From the human T2T-CHM13v2.0 reference genome, Homo sapiens, in NCBI GenBank assembly GCA_009914755.4, contig CP068257.2, positions 31,552,001 to 31,616,000 on the forward strand: a stretch of DNA of 64,000 nt. The letters run 5' to 3'. Under the pieces are notes generated by a model. It saw nothing but the letters and a program-made list of their open reading frames with translations, had not been told where the DNA came from and searched no databases. Each line of letters opens with the position of its first letter. The first letter of the stretch is position 1. Shown in pieces: positions 27,601 through 44,844 of the stretch. A program made the translations under genes and the position numbers.

Positions 27601-28069
27601 TTCCCCAGGGCCCAGAATCTTGGCAGCCATCTTCAAATTCTGCGTCCTACAATGATCTATTCACACAGTGAAATATTACACAGCAGTCAGGTAGAGTGGA
27701 TGATAGCTGCCTTCAACAAAAGGATGAGGCTTGGCAATTTGATATATAGAAAATATAGACCCAAAAGACTGTAAATTTAAAACAACTAAAATTTTAAAAG
27801 TACATTTAAGGAACACATATAGAAAATATAAAGCAATATAAAAAAGAAAGGAAGGAGAGGAACTGGATTCTGAATTCATTGCCCAGATTTGGGGGAAGCA
27901 GGAGGAGGGGTCTGTGGGTTCATAGATGCCATTATACTATTTAAAATAACTAATGAATAACTAACTAAATTAAAGCAGGAGAAATATGGACCAATGAGAA
28001 GAGAATGTCATGAATGAATGCTTATGATTTTTCCTATTCTGTGCACCTGATGTCTAACAATGAAGAAGT

Positions 28070-28367
28070 TCGGCCTCGATGGCTCATACCTGTAATCCCA
28101 GCACTCTGGGAGGCCAACGGGGGTGGATCACTTGAGCCCAGGAGTTTGAGACCAGCCTGAGCAACATGGCAAAACCGTGTCTCTACAAAAAATACAGAAA
28201 AATTAGCTGGGCATGGTGGGGTGCACCTGCAGTCCCAGCTACTGGGGAGGCTGAGTGGGAGGACCACTTGAGCCTGAGAGTTTGAGGCTGCAGTGACCTG
28301 TGGTTGCACCACTGCACTCCAGCGTGGGCAACAGAGCAAGATCCTGTCTAAAAAAAAAAAAAAAAAG
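28070..28367 (+). mobile_element. Alu SINE
   Basis: cggcctcgatggctcatacctgtaatcccagcactctgggaggcc ... A-tail. The ORF 28034-28540 is an Alu/poly-A artefact. Confidence 0.9.
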
Positions 28368-28707
28368 ATTAGGAAAACAAAAAAGATTAAAAAGATTTGA
28401 GAAATGAAAGAACATATTATGGAATTACAAAATGTGTTCCCTCCAGGGCCGGCGAAGCAGCCTGGTTTCCAGATAGCACCAAAGAAGCGCCAAGGGATTT
28501 GTCTCCTCAGGTCAAACCTCTCTCCCTGGAAAACTTCCAAAATGTAAATCGAAATTATTATTTGTTCTTGGAGAAGCCTAGTCAGAAAATACTAAGGATA
28601 ATCAGGTGGCACTGTCACCCCTGAGACCTCAGTCGGCCTCTTACTCCTGTTTCCTCCACCCCTGCCCAGGCACCACTAGTTCCTTTGCAGCAGCATTTAA
28701 AAACACT

Positions 28708-28811
28708 CAGTGGCGCACTGTGGGAGGCGGAGGCAGGATGATCACTTCAGCCCAGGAATTAGAATCCAGCCTGGGCAACATAGTGAGACCCGGTGTCTAT
28801 TCAAAAAAAAA
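28708..28811 (+). mobile_element. Free left Alu monomer (FLAM-like)
   Basis: cactgtgggaggcggaggcaggatgatcacttcagcccaggaattagaatccagcctgggcaacatagtgagacccggtgtctattcaaaaaaaaa. Confidence 0.7.
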
Positions 28812-29460
28812 ATTCTTTTAATTATAAAAATAGAAAAATAAACACACTCAAGACTTTCCCATTTAGGGGAGAAAAAAAAAGAAAGAATGAAGCAGGACCC
28901 CTCTCCTCCCCCACATCTGCCTCCAGCTGCAACATATCTCCCTTCCTTGCCTTCCTAGCAAACTTGTCGATAACAAGTCCTCTACATTCTTGTCTCGTCC
29001 CCTCCCCATTGTGCAAAACCTGCACTCAACCAAGTCACCAGTGACTTGTTCAGCACTTAATCCTCCTGATATCTCAGTGACCTTGGACTCTGTCAGCCAC
29101 TTCCTCCCAGAACCCTTTGTCTTCGCAGCTGTGATGGCGCTCTGGTGGCTTTTCTATAATCTCTCTGCTCCTTTTCTGTCTCGTCTGCTCGCTGTTGCCT
29201 GTAGCTCTGCCCTCACATCCTGTTTCCTTTCTCCAATCTCTCTGGAATAGTTCATCTGCACTCACAGGACCAACTGTTGCCAGACACTGCTGGTCTCCAG
29301 ATCCACTCTCGCAGTCTAAATCGTCTTCATTCTGGACATATGGAAGCAGCCGCCTCCAGGAAACCTCTGCAATGCCCTTAGCAATTCCACCTCTCTGTGC
29401 CTTCAGTTGAATGAATCATTTCTTTCACCCTCAGCATGCTGCTTCTTGTTGTATACTATA

Positions 29461-29885
29461 TTAGGGTTCTCCAGAGAAACAGAACCAATGAGGTATGTGT
29501 GTAGAGGGAGAGAGAAGGGGAGAGAGGGAGAAAGAGAGGAAAACTGATTGGTTTTAAGGAGTTGACTCATAAGATTGTGGGGGCTGGCAAGTCTGAAACT
29601 TGCAGGCCAGGCCAGCAGGCTGGAGACCCAGGGGAAGGTTGATGTTGCAGCTTGAGTCTGAAGGCAGCTAGAAACAGAATTCCCTCTTGCTCAGGGACTT
29701 CAGTCTTTTCTCCTGAGGCTGATCTGATGAGGCCAGGCCCCATTATGGAGGATAATCTGCTTTATTCATGGTACGTGTTTTCACATCTTTAAAATACCTT
29801 CACAGCAACATCTAGGCTGGTGCCTGACCAAACAACTGGGTACTGTGGCCCAGCAAAATTAACACATGAAATTAACCATCACACA
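29461..29885 (+). mobile_element. Ancient dispersed repeat (ttagggttctccagagaaacagaaccaat family)
   Basis: Diagnostic 5' end and 3' end ...aattaaccatcaca; a second copy lies at 42087-42590. Confidence 0.55.
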
Positions 29886-30424
29886 TACCATCTTAGAAAA
29901 TGGTTCCACCGTCTAACAGATGCCTTAATCCAGGATCCTGGGAGTTTGCCTCAGTTCCTTATATGACCCAAACTTCACACAGCCAATCTAGCACCAAATT
30001 TTATGTACTCCTCTTCCTCAACATTTCTCATCCACTCCCACTGCCTCCTAGTCCAGGGCTCTATTACATCTGAACTGCTACAAGAGTATCCTCGCTGCAC
30101 TCAAGTTTCCAGTCTTACTTTCTCCAGATCTTTCCTAGACACAGCAAAAGAGAGAGAAAGCTTGTTAACTTGTGAATCAGATCATGTTGAATTTCCTACA
30201 TCATCTGGATTCCTCACAAATGCCACAGCTGTCACACAGTCTGGTACAGGTGGGATCTCTCATTGACTCAGACATCATGAGTGTTATTGGTATGTGATTT
30301 TCCAAAATGGAGAAGAACTCGTGGTAAATTTCTGAACAAAACAGAGTACAATCTTCTCTCAATTTACACAGCAGTTACAATTCTGGAAAATGCAGTGATA
30401 TTAAAACCCTACTATCTGAGTCTG

Positions 30425-30770
30425 CATGGCTGCTATAATAAAATACCATCAAATGGGTGGCTTAAGCAGCAGAAATTTCTTTCTCACAGTTCTGGAGGCT
30501 TGGAGGGCAAGATCAAGAGTTGGTTATTGGTGAGGGCTCTCTTCCTGGCTTGTGGATGGCCGTCTTCTTGCCGTGTCCTTACTTGTAGGGACAGTGAGAA
30601 TTCTCTCCTGTCCCTTCTTATAAGGGCACTAATCTCATTGTGAGGGCTCCATCTTCATGATCATGACTTAGTCACCTCCCAAAGGTTCAACCTTCAAATA
30701 CCATCACATCAGGTGCTAGGACCTTAACATATGAATTTGAGGGGTCACGATTCAGAAAGTATGGTAAAAT
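30425..30770 (+). mobile_element. Ancient dispersed repeat (ttctcacagttctggaggc family)
   Basis: tttctcacagttctggaggcttggagggcaagatcaagag ... ttaacatatgaatttgaggggtcacgattcag. Confidence 0.55.
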
Positions 30771-31211
30771 GTAAAACAGAGTTAGGTTCTAAGCTCAACT
30801 CATTAGAAACATGTTTTGTTTTTGTTTTTGTTTTTTACCTACAAAAAGATCTAACCATGGATTCAAGAGTCTTGAAGAGCTCAGAACTACTTTCAACATG
30901 GGAGACCATCCTGAAATTACAGAATATTTAGCATCTCTGGCCTCTACCCACCAAGTGCCAGTAGCACCTGCCCATCATCATGATAACCAATTCTGATCCC
31001 ACAACTTTCCACAATGTCTCCCGGGGGGGTGAACATACCCCACCACTGGACTTCTACCACTAACCCCAACCCACACATGTAGCTCAAGCCCAACTTTCTA
31101 ATCACATATCTCAGTCCTTTAGCCAGGAATCCCATTTTCCTACCATGGCACTCTCTACTCCAGAGTCATTCATCATGAACCCTCCCCCTAAAGCTTTGGC
31201 ATTCTTACTGA

Positions 31212-31562
<351 letters not shown>

Positions 31563-33379
31563 TGAATGCTTATTCTTTTGCTGACTTTATCATCCTCACC
31601 TTTTTTCCTTCCCAATTTCCAGAGCCAGTGGAAATTCCTTCATCACTCCCCAATCAGTTAATCAGAAACAAAATAATCCAATTTGGGCTCTGAACTCGAG
31701 GGGTTCAGTAAATATTGTTTGCAAACAAATGTCATCCTCACTTTTCCTGGCTACACCTGCCTGAGGGATGAACAGGAAGAGGTCTGAACAGCAACAAAAT
31801 GATTCTGGAAACATTACTTGGTTCTTCTCTCACACCCAGAGAAATTATTGAAATTTCAAGTGCAAGTTCGCTCCCTGCCAGCATCATAGATCATTCGAGT
31901 CCCCAAAGTGTGGTTTGGAGCTCTCCAGAATTGCACTTTTGGCAGGATTCCCTACAGCATTCTTCTGTGAGTTTCCTACAGCTCTCCCTGTGGGGGACAC
32001 TGATTGCATTCTCCCTGGGGTGAGTTTGGGGACCATCGAAGGGTCCTATACCCAAAACCTAAGATTGAGTCTAGGCACCTTCATTAGCCCTTACCAGCCT
32101 CATTTGAGCAGCGTGCCCACTGGGGCTACTCCCATAGAAGAGCAGGATCTCCTACAAATCCATCAGGTCCTCATGCACAGAGATCTCCCAGCAGATGGCC
32201 ATGGGTCATTGGGAGACCCAAGAAACTTGAGAAACAGTTGATGAGACTTGGGTTGTTGTTGTTTTTTTATGAATCTACATTTCTGTAGTAACTCACTGAA
32301 TGATATTCAATAATGTCTATGCAAAATTAACTCATTGCCACAATCTAAAGCAAGCTTGAGAAATGGTCTGGACACCACAGGACTGTGGCAGCCACAGAGC
32401 CCTGGCACCTTCCCTGTGAGAAGGCTGGTGGGGTGAGGCTGTGGGCAGAACCAAGCCCAAGTTAGTGACCCTAGCTTAAAAAGAGAGTGAAAGAGGAAGC
32501 CAATGAGCAATTCTGAGAATCAGAGGTGGAGAAACCAGGTCACGTGCATGTGGTTAAGTCACTGGGTCAAAGTTGGGTGTGCTGGAAGCTGTTGCGTCTT
32601 TCTCAATCTTACAAAGCCAGGAGTTTGCCAAGGCTGCAATGCCCTATTAGTAAAGGTTGAGCATCCAAATCCCAAATCCAATATGCTCCATAATCTGAAA
32701 CTTTTTGAGCACTCAGTGGAACTCCTGGAGCATTTTGGATTTGAGATGTTTACATTAGAGTCGCTCAACCTGTAGCAACATGTAGCAGCTGAGCAGGAAG
32801 AAGCAGTCCCTCCCCACTCATTTCCTTCCACCTGCCTGGGGTGGCTAAGGAGGGCAGCTGGAGAAAGACAGAGGCTACATGTGGTCAAACTTTAGTCTGC
32901 AGTTTCTCAGTCAGAGACTCAGTGAGGGAACCGGCCCCCACTGTCCTCACATGTGCAAATTTGAAGTTGACCTCATAGCTTCTCATGAACAATGCCATCT
33001 GGAACCTCAGCCAGGGCCTCCCAAGAGGAAGCCAGAGTTGAATATTTGGCCTCACAAGCAAATGTGACCAATGAGATGTTCATGCCAGAGTCAGGGCTAG
33101 ATTCGGTTCCCCTAATTTGGCACTCCTTCCCCTGACCCCCTGGGAGACTAGAAAGTTGTAGGGGTATGGATTTTGTGAAGAGAAGGATCAAACCCACATT
33201 AGTAGTCTCTCCAGCCCAGAGAAATGCTTTCACTGAGTCACCTTCCATCAGGCAGTCTTTGATACACAAGAGTATTCCATGTTTAAAATGTTCTTTCTCC
33301 ACAAACCTCCTTCGTGATCCTCTCTCCACAGATAATATTGCCACATATTTCCTGTTAAGAGCATGTAAGCCCAAAATAT

Positions 33380-33900
33380 CTGAGACAGGTCTCGGTAAAT
33401 TTCAAAAGTTTATTTTGCCAAGGTTAAGGACACACCCATGACAAATCCATGACACAGCCTCAGGAGGTTCTGACAACATGTGCCCAAGGTGGTCGGGGCA
33501 CAGTTTGGATTTATACATTTTAGGGAGACATGAGACATCAATCAATATGTGTAAGATGTACATTGGTTTGGTCCGGAAAGACGGGACAACTCAAGGCGAG
33601 AAGGGGGCTTCCAGGTCATAGGTAGGTAAGAAACAAACGGTTGCATTATTCTGAGTCTCTGATGAGCCTTCACTGAATACACAATTTACACATGAGTGGA
33701 GAGTAGAAGAATAGTCTGGCTTAGCGAAACAATAGGGCAGAGGAAACAATCAGATATTCATTTGTCTCACGTGAGCAGAGGGGCACTTTGAGTTCTGTCC
33801 TTTGTCCACACAAGGAATTTCCTTGTGGGCAAAGTGTGAGAGAAGTATGTAGCTTTTTTTTTTTTTTTTTAAATCATTGTTGCTGTCTTATTTAGGAATG
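33380..33900 (+). mobile_element. LTR-like dispersed repeat (ttttatacattttagggagacatgagacatcaatca family)
   Basis: Homologous to 39540-40440, which is interrupted by an AluY. Confidence 0.4.
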
Positions 33901-34814
33901 AAATAGGAGGCAGGTTTGCCTGACACAGTTCCCAGCTTGACTTTCCCTTGGCTTAGTGATTTTGGGGTTGTTGAAAGAAAAACTTTAGCTGAATTAAATT
34001 TAAAGGAGTTTAATTGAGCAATGAATGATTCACTGCAAATCGGGCAACCCCCAGAATCACAGCAGATTCAGAGAGACTCCAGCCCCTCCACATGGTGGGA
34101 AAAGTTTGATGGACAGCAAAAAAAAAAAAAAAAGTGACCTACAGAAAATGGTAGTGAGGTACAGAAACAGCTAGATTGGTTACAGCTCAGTGTTTGCCTT
34201 ATTTGAACATGGTTCTGACAGTTGGCTACATCTCATTGGCCAAAATTCAGTGATCGACACAAGTGTAGGCTACAGTCAGTTTATACCTCGACTTGTTATA
34301 GTTCACGATGTACAGAAAAACCTTTAGGCCGAACTTAAATATATAAGAAGCCAGCTTTAGGTTAAACTTGATTTAACTTTCCCAGTGGGTTTCAAGACCA
34401 AATAAGTAACTTACTTTGGTAATAATGACATCAATGACTACAGTTTTGGTCAATCTCTCAAAATTGAGAAAATGACCAAAAGGGGGGAAGTGTTAAATCA
34501 GTTGGGTCCATCAATGATAGCAAACATTCTGCACAAATGCAAGATGTTGATAATAGGAAAACTGACAGCATGGGCTCAGGGTGGGGAGTTCAGAGGAAGT
34601 ATATGGAACTCTCCATACTTTTCACTCAATTTTTCTGTAAACCTAAACCTGCTTTAGAAAAGAAAGTCTATTAATTTCAAAATATAAAAATAAAAATATC
34701 CACCCTTGCCCCGCAAGGCCTCCTTTGGTTCCCAGCCATTCTTTTGCTCACTTATACAGCAAAACTTCCAAATTGGTTTCTCTCACCTCCAATATTTTTT
34801 TCTCAGCCCTCTCT

Positions 34815-35260
34815 CTGTAGTAGTTTCCTACTGCAGCTGTCACAAATGATCACAACCTTAGTGGCTTAAACAACACAAGTTTATTATCCTACAGTTCTGG
34901 AGGTCAGAAGTCAAGGTGCTGGCAAGGCTATGTTCCTTTTGGAAGCCTCCTGCATTCCTTGGTTCATGGCCCCTGACACTTCATCTTCAAAGCCAGCAGC
35001 ACAGCCTCTTTCAGTGTCTGGCCTCCTCTTCTGTCCTTCCATCTTCTTTCTCTGACTCTGATTCTCCTGCCTCCCTTTTATGAAGACCTCGTGATTACTT
35101 TGAGCCCACCTGGATAATCCAGGATCACATCCCTATCTCAATATTCTTCATTTGGTCAAATCCGCAAAATCCCTTTGAACATGTAAGATATTATATTCAC
35201 AGATCCTGGGGATTAGGAGGTGGACATTTTGGGGGGCCATTGATCAGCCTTCCACCTTCT
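34815..35260 (+). mobile_element. Ancient dispersed repeat (ctgcagctgtcacaaatgatcacaaccttagtggcttaaacaacac ... ttattatcctacagttctggaggtcag)
   Basis: Same family as 16800, 27050 and 30425. Confidence 0.55.
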
Positions 35261-35663
35261 CTAACTGGTCTCTCCTGAAATAGCTCTTTTCAGTAGGTTA
35301 CCGGCAGCCTCTGGGTTGCAAAGGCCCAGGGTCACTCCCTCATCTTGCTTGAGCCCTCAGCCACATTCAGCAAGAGTGATCTCTCCCTTCTTCTCAAGAA
35401 ATTCTCTCCTCTTGGCTTTCATGACATCCAGTCTCCATGCTCCTGGGTCCCCTGGCCTTGCTTCTCTACTGGATGTCTAAACATGGTCGTGACCCAGGGC
35501 CCCACCCTCAGCCCTCTTCATCTGTTCTTTAGGTGAACCCATACAAATGATGGCTCCAGCTCTATGCTGATGATTCACAAGTTTACATTTCCACCTCACA
35601 CTTTTCCACTGAGGCCTGAAATTGTATATCTCCTTGATGCTGTCTTTATATGTCTTCAATACC

Positions 35664-36038
<375 letters not shown>

Positions 36039-36494
36039 TGAGCTATTTCCTGGTGCCCCATCACCCCTAAAGACTTTTTGTGTGTATTTCCTACAAACAA
36101 GGACATTGTCCTACCTAACTATAATACCACCATCAAAGCAGAAAATTAACTTTGATTCATTAATACCATCTAATCCTCTGACCACCTTCAAGTTTCACCT
36201 GCCATGTCTGTTATGGTAAAAGGATCCAGTTCAGAATCATGAATCACATGTAGTGGTCACGTATCTAGTTTCCTTCAGTCTTGAATGGTTGCCCAGACTT
36301 TGGCCTTCAAGACCTTGACACTTATGGAGACTACAGGCCAGTTATTTCGTAGGATGTCTATGATCGGCTTCCATGGACATCCTTTCCTTCCCCCCATGTA
36401 AAGGCCTCCATAGAAAGTATAAGATGGAAGTATATATTTGTGCATCATCAACATAGAGCTGGAACATTAAGCCACCAGTTGCAGGAGTCACCTA

Positions 36495-36915
<421 letters not shown>

Positions 36916-38764
36916 TCATCACTTCCTGTTGCATGATGCACAGCTCTGCTTTGTCTCATTATTGATGACGTTCAATTTTACCATTTAAGATGACCTCACC
37001 AGGGTTTGCCACTGTAAAATTATTCTTTTCCCCTTTGTAATTAATAAGCATTTTTGTGATGAGACACTTTGAGACTATATAAATGTATTGTTCTTCATCA
37101 AATTTTCTATTTATTCAGTATTTAAAAAGGAAAACACAGGTGTAAACTCCCAATACGTAGCTTGTCTTTTCATTATCTTAACAGTGTTTTTCACAGAGCA
37201 GAACTTTTTAATTTAAATAAAATCCAATTTTTTTTTTATTTAATGGATTGTGCTTTTGGTGTTGGATCTAAAAGTCATCACCAAACTCAAAGACACCTAG
37301 ATTTTCCCCTTTGTTATCTTGTAGAATTTTTTGAGTTTTGCCTTTTACATTTAGGTCTATGATCCAGTTCAAGTTAATTTTTGTGAAAGGTATAAAGATG
37401 TGTGTCTCAATACATCTTTTCACATATTCAGTTGTTCCAGCACCATTTGTTGGAAAGATAATTCTTTCTCCATTGGATTGTCTTTACTGCTTTGTCAAAG
37501 ATCAGTCTACTGTATTTTTATGGGTCTATTTCTGGGCTCTCTATTCTGTTTCTTAGGTCTATTTGCTTATTTTTTCACCAATACCACACTGTCTTGATTA
37601 TTATAGCTTTATAGTAAATCCTGAAGTCAGATAGTATCAGTCTTCCAGCTTTATTCTACTTCAGCATTATGTTAGCTATCTGGGTCCTTTGTCTTTTCAC
37701 ATAAACTTGAGAATCAGTTTGTCGCTATTCACAAAATAACTTGTTGGGATTTTGGTTGAGATTCCATTAAATATATATCAAATTGGGAAGAATTAACATT
37801 TTAACACTACTGAGTCTTCCTATCCATTAACATGGACTATCCCTCTATTTTTTTTTTGATCTTTTATTTCTTTCATTAATGTTTTATATTTCTCCTCATA
37901 CAAATCTTCTACGTATTTTGTTAGATTTCTCTCTCTCTCTGTCACTCTGTGCTAGTGTAAATGGTATTGTACTTTTAATTTCAAATTCTAATTGTTCATT
38001 CTTGATATATAGGAAAGCAATTGACTTTTGTATAGTAATCTTGTATCATGTAACCTTATTACCATTTAAAACACTAACTATTTCTAGGAGTGATTTGTGA
38101 GGGTTTTTTTTTTAAATCAGTTCTTTGGAATTTCCTATGTAGATAATTATGTTATCTGCAAATTTAAAAAGTTTTATTTATTCTTTCCCAATCTGTACAT
38201 CTTTCTTTTTCTTATCTTATTGTATTACCTAGTACTTCCAGTACAATGTTGATAAGACTAATGAAATGGATATCCTTGCTTTCCTCCTAATCTTAGGGAA
38301 GATGCATCCAGTTTTTCACAATAAAGCATAATATCAGCTGTAGGGTTTTTTGTAGACATTCTTTAACAAGTTGAGAACATTCTCTCTTCCTAGTTTGCTC
38401 AGAGTTTTTATCACAAATGTTAGATTTTGTCAAATGCTTTATCTTCATCTATTGATAGGTGATTTTTCTTCTTTAGCCTGTTGATATGATGGATTACATT
38501 AATTGATTTTCAAAGGATGAGCCAGCCTTGTGTAACTAGAATAAATCTTATTTAATCATGGCCTATAATTTCTTTTATATATGGTTGGATTTGGCTTACT
38601 AATATTTTGTTGGGAATTTCTGCGTCTATGTTCATGAGAGATATTGGTCTATAGTTGTCCTTTCTTGTATTGTCTTTACTGGTTTTACCATTAGGGTGAT
38701 GCTGGCTTCACAGAATAAACTAGAAAGTGTTCCCTCTACTTCAATTTTCTAGAAGACATAATAG

Positions 38765-39067
<303 letters not shown>

Positions 39068-39665
39068 TGATTCAGTTCTTTAATAGATACAGGACTATTT
39101 TGACTATCTATTTCTCCTTGTGTGAGTTTTGATAGATTGTGTCTTTCAAGAAATTAGCCCATTTCATCTAAGTTAATAAATTTGTGGGCACGAAATTGTT
39201 CATAATATTTCTTTATTATCCTTTGAATGTCCATAGGATTAGTAGTGATGACCTCTCTTTCATTTCTAATATTGGTAATTTGTGTCTTCTCTCTCTTTTT
39301 TTTCTTGGTTAGCCCACCTAGAGGTCTATGAGTTTTACTGATCTTTCAAAGAATGAGCTTTTGGTTTGGTTGATTTTCTCTATTCATTTTCTGTTTTCAA
39401 TTTCTTTGATTTCTGTTTTAATTTTTATTAATTCTTTTCTTCTGTTTGTTTTAGGTTACATTGATCTTCTTTCTCTAGTTTCCCAAGGTAGAAGCTTAGT
39501 TTTTGATTTTAGGTCTGTGTTCTGTCAACAAAAAGAGTCAAACTCTGTAAAATATTTGAAGAGATTTATTCTGCGCCCAAATGTGAGTGACTAATGGCCC
39601 CTAACATAGCCCTCAAGAGATCCCAAGAACATGTGTCCATGGTGGTCAGGGCACAGCCTAGTTTT

Positions 39666-39976
<311 letters not shown>

Positions 39977-41227
39977 TCACAGCCTAGTTTTATACATTTT
40001 AGGGAGATATGAGACATCACTCAGATATGTGTTAGATGTACATTGGTTAGATCTGGAAGGGTGGGTTAATCCGAAGTGGGGTGAGGCTTCCAGGTCACAG
40101 GTAGATTTAAATATTTTCTGATTGGCAATTTGTTGTTATTATCAATAGAAAAGAATGTCTGGGTTACAGTAAGGGATTGTGGACACCAAGGTTTTATCAT
40201 GCAGATGAAGCCTCCAAGTAGCTGGCTTCAGAGAGGATAGATTGTAAATGCTTCTTATCAGACTTAAGGTCTGTGTTGATATTAATGCTGGTCAGCTTTT
40301 CCTGAATTCCACAAGGGAAGAGGGTATAATGAGGCATGTCTGACCCCACCTTTCATCATGGCCTGAACAAATTTTTCAGGTTAACTTTGGAATGCCCTTG
40401 GCAGAGAGGACAGATCCATTCAGATGGTTGGGGGGAGGGCAGGGGCTGCTTATAACTATATTTTTTGGTTTACACTTCTTTTCTTGTGTATTCATTTAAT
40501 GCCATACATTTTCCTCTAAGCACTGCTTTCATTTTATTCCACAAATTTTGATGTTTTATTTTCATTTTTATTCAGTTAAAATATTCCAATTCTTCCTAAG
40601 TCTTCTTCTTTGACCCATGTGTTATTTACAAGTTTATTGTTTAATCTCCAAATATTTTGGGACTTTTTCTAGCTATCTGTTATTGATTTCAAGTTTAATT
40701 CCATAAGATCTAATAGTATATTTTGTGTGATTTCTATTCTTTCAAATTTGTTAGCATGAGTTTTATGGCCCAGAATGTGGTCTATTTTAATTAATGTTTC
40801 ACAAGAACTTGAGAATGGGTATTCTGCTGCTGTTAGATGACATATTCTATAAATGCCAGTTAGATCAAATTAATTGATGGTGCTGGTCATCTCAACTATA
40901 TCCTTACTGATTCTCTCCCTGCTGGCTCAATCTGTCAATTACTGATAAACAGATATTGAAAACTCCAACTGTAATGATGGATTTGTCTATTTCTCCTTGC
41001 AGTTCTATTAATTTTTGCATCATATATTTAGACACTTTGGAGTTGGGTGCATATACACTAAGGACTGTTATGCTTTCTTGGAAAGCCGACTTTCTTATCA
41101 TTATATAATTGTCTTTTACCCCAGATAATTTTCTTTGTTCCGAAATCTGCTTGCCTGAAATTAATACAGCTACTCCAGCTTTCTTTTGATTAATGTTAGA
41201 ATGTCATATATTTCTCCATTTTTCTTC

Positions 41228-41440
41228 TTTTTTTTTTGAAACTGGATCTGCCTCTGTTGCCCAGCCTGGAGTGCAGTGGCACAATCATAGCTCACTACAG
41301 CCTTGAACTCCTGGGCTCAAGTGATCCTCCCACCTCAATCTCCTGAGTAACTAGGACTACAGGCACCTGCCACTACACCCAGCTAAAATTTTTTTGTTTT
41401 TTGTTTTTTTGGTTTTACTATGTTGGTCAGGTTGGCATTT
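41228..41440 (-). mobile_element. Alu SINE, partial, antisense
   Basis: gaaactggatctgcctctgttgcccagcctggagtgcagtggcacaatcatagctcactacagcc ... Confidence 0.8.
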
Positions 41441-41729
41441 TTAAAAATGTAATCTATCAGTGTCTCTATATTTAAAGTGGGTTTCTGGTAGACAATATAT
41501 AGTTGGCCCTTGATTTATTTTTAAATCCACTCTATTAGTCTCTGTCTTTTAATTGGTACACTTAGACCATTCACTTAAATATACTATTGATAGTTAGATT
41601 AATATCTCCCATATTTGTAACTGTTTTCTATTCAATGCACTTGTTCTTTTTATGTTTATTGTTGTTGCTGTTATTGTTTTTCTTCCTTCTCTTTTTCTGC
41701 CTTCTCTGTTGTTGTTGTTTTTTTGTTTT

Positions 41730-42021
<292 letters not shown>

Positions 42022-42086
42022 CTTCTCTGGTTTTAATTGAATATTTTATATGATTCCATTCTCCCCTCACTTAGCACATTAATTGT

Positions 42087-42590
42087 ATTAGTCAGGATTC
42101 TCTAGAGGGACAGAACTAATAGGACAGATGTATATATGAAAGGGAGTTTATTGGGAGAATTGATTCACATGATCACAAGGTGAAGTCCCACGATCAGCCA
42201 TCTGCAAGTTGAGGAGCCGGAAAGCCAGTCCAAGTCCCAAAAGCTCAAAGTAGGGAAGCCAACAGTGCAGCCTTCAGTCTGTGGCCAAAGGCCTGAGAGC
42301 CCCTGGCAGATCACTGGAGTGAAGTCCAAGAGTCTAAAAGCCGAAGAACTTGGAATTTGATGTTTGAGGGCAGGAAACATCCAGCATGGGAGAAAGATGG
42401 AGGCCAGAAGACTTAGCCAGTCTAGCCTTTCCCCCTTCTTCTGCCTGTTTTTATCCTGGCCATGCTGGCAGCTGATTAGATGGTGCCCACCCAGATTGAG
42501 GGTGGGTCTGCCTTTCCCAGTCCACTGACTCAAATGTTAATCTCCTTTGACAACACCCTCACAGACACACCCAGGAACAATACTTTGCAT
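42087..42590 (+). mobile_element. Ancient dispersed repeat (ttagtcaggattctctagagggacagaactaatagg family), inserted in the L1
   Basis: Second copy of the family seen at 29461; the minus ORF 42165-42533 is an artefact. Confidence 0.55.
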
Positions 42591-43323
42591 CTTTCAATTC
42601 AATCAAGTTGAAACTCACTATTAACCATCACATTAATTATACTTCTTTTTAACAAATCTTTAGTGACTGCCCTAGAGTTTGCAATATACATTATAACTAA
42701 TCTAAGTCCATTTTCAAATAACAATACACTAATTCATGGGTAGTACACAAGTATCTTAGAAAAGAGTATCCCCAATTTCTCCCTCTCAACCCTTATAACA
42801 TTGTTATTATACATTTCACTTATTCATAAGCTATAATCACCCAATATGTTGCTGCTATTATTATTTGGACAATTATTCTCAACCTGATAAAGAACATCTA
42901 CAGAATCCCTACAGCTACTCACAGAACTCAGGAAAGCACTTTACTTACTATTACCGGTTTATATAAAAGATACAATTCAGGAACAGCCAAGTGGAAGAGA
43001 TACCTAGGACAAGGTATGGGAGAAAGGGGCACTGAGCTTCCATGCCGTCTCTAAGTGTACCAACCTCCCAGAACTTTAATGTGTTAACCAACCCAGAAAC
43101 TCTTCAAACTCTGTTGGTTGTTCAGGGGTTATTTATGGAGGTTACATCATGTAGGCATGATTGATCATTAACTCAGTCTCTAGTCCCTCTCTCCTTCCTG
43201 GAGGTTGGGGTGGAGGGGGTAGGGCCAAAAGTTCCAGGCTTTATTGATTATTGGGCTTGGTCTTTTTGGTGACCAGCCTCCATCTAAAAGCTATCCAGGG
43301 GCTCACCAAGAGTAGCCTCATTG

Positions 43324-43691
<368 letters not shown>

Positions 43692-44844
43692 TTAGGAGCT
43701 CTAGGCAGGAACCAGACCATATATTTTTCTATGAAAAAACAAAACCCTTAGCATAGCGATCATCATGATTTTAAATTCCTAGTCTGATTTGCAAATTCTC
43801 TGCCATCTCCGAGTCTTATTTCTAAGCTTGCTTTGTCTCTTCCAATTGTGCTTGGTGTTGTCTGCCTTTCAGCATGCCTTGTAATTCGTTGTTAAAAACT
43901 AGATATAACATATCAGGTCATGGGAGCTGAGATAAATGGCCCTTTAGGATAAGGTGTTAGGTTTATCTGGCTAAGAGTTAGGCTGTGTTAAATGTTTGCT
44001 GTAGTTGTAGGTGTCAGAGGCTTCAGTTTTATTTAGTGTCCTCATTTTTGTCTCCTCCATTGTCTTTGGGTTTTCCTAGAAATGCCTTCTTAAATGGAGT
44101 TGTAATCCACCGTTATTATACTACAGAGTCCTGTTGATGTGGTGGTAAGATACTGTGGAGGCAAAACATTCTACAATCTTATGATTAATTCCCAGAGTTT
44201 TCTTTAATGGGCCTGAGTCTCTGGGCTATGACCCTCCGAGAAGTTTCTTAACTTTTGCTTTTTTCCTCCAGTCATGATAGACAGGAAGGCTAGAGGGGGC
44301 TGAGTTGTCTAATTGCCCTTCTGCTAGGTCAGTTTAGGCTCCAGTAATGTAATTGCCCTGAGGACAGGTTTTTGTTACAGAACACTCTGGGCATATCTCA
44401 AAATGTTTACTTTTCCCCTCCCACCGGCCAGTCAGGAATTTTTCTGTGGTCTTTACCATGAGAACTTGGTAGAGCTTCTTGGAGTAAACCTTTAACAATT
44501 TGGGGAGCATCCCTCTAAGACTGAGTACCCAACAGTGTTTAATTCTCAAGCTAGTCCACACTCAGTCTCCAGCAATTAGTCAATTACAATTTAAGTTTTG
44601 CTATGATTTCAGAGGCTTCTGGTCCCTGTAAACTGTGATTCTTTGCATTTGTCTGTCTTTCAGTTTTTGCAGTTTGCCCTGTGACTCAATTCACTGATAC
44701 TGAAACAAGAAGAGTTGTTAATCTTCAATTTGTTCAGCTTTTCTCTTGTTGTGGGGAGTGGAGTGACAGCTTTCAAGCTCTTCACACCTTGGCATAGACT
44801 GCATTTGCTTTTGTTTTGTTTTGTTTTTTGTTTGTTTGCTTGTT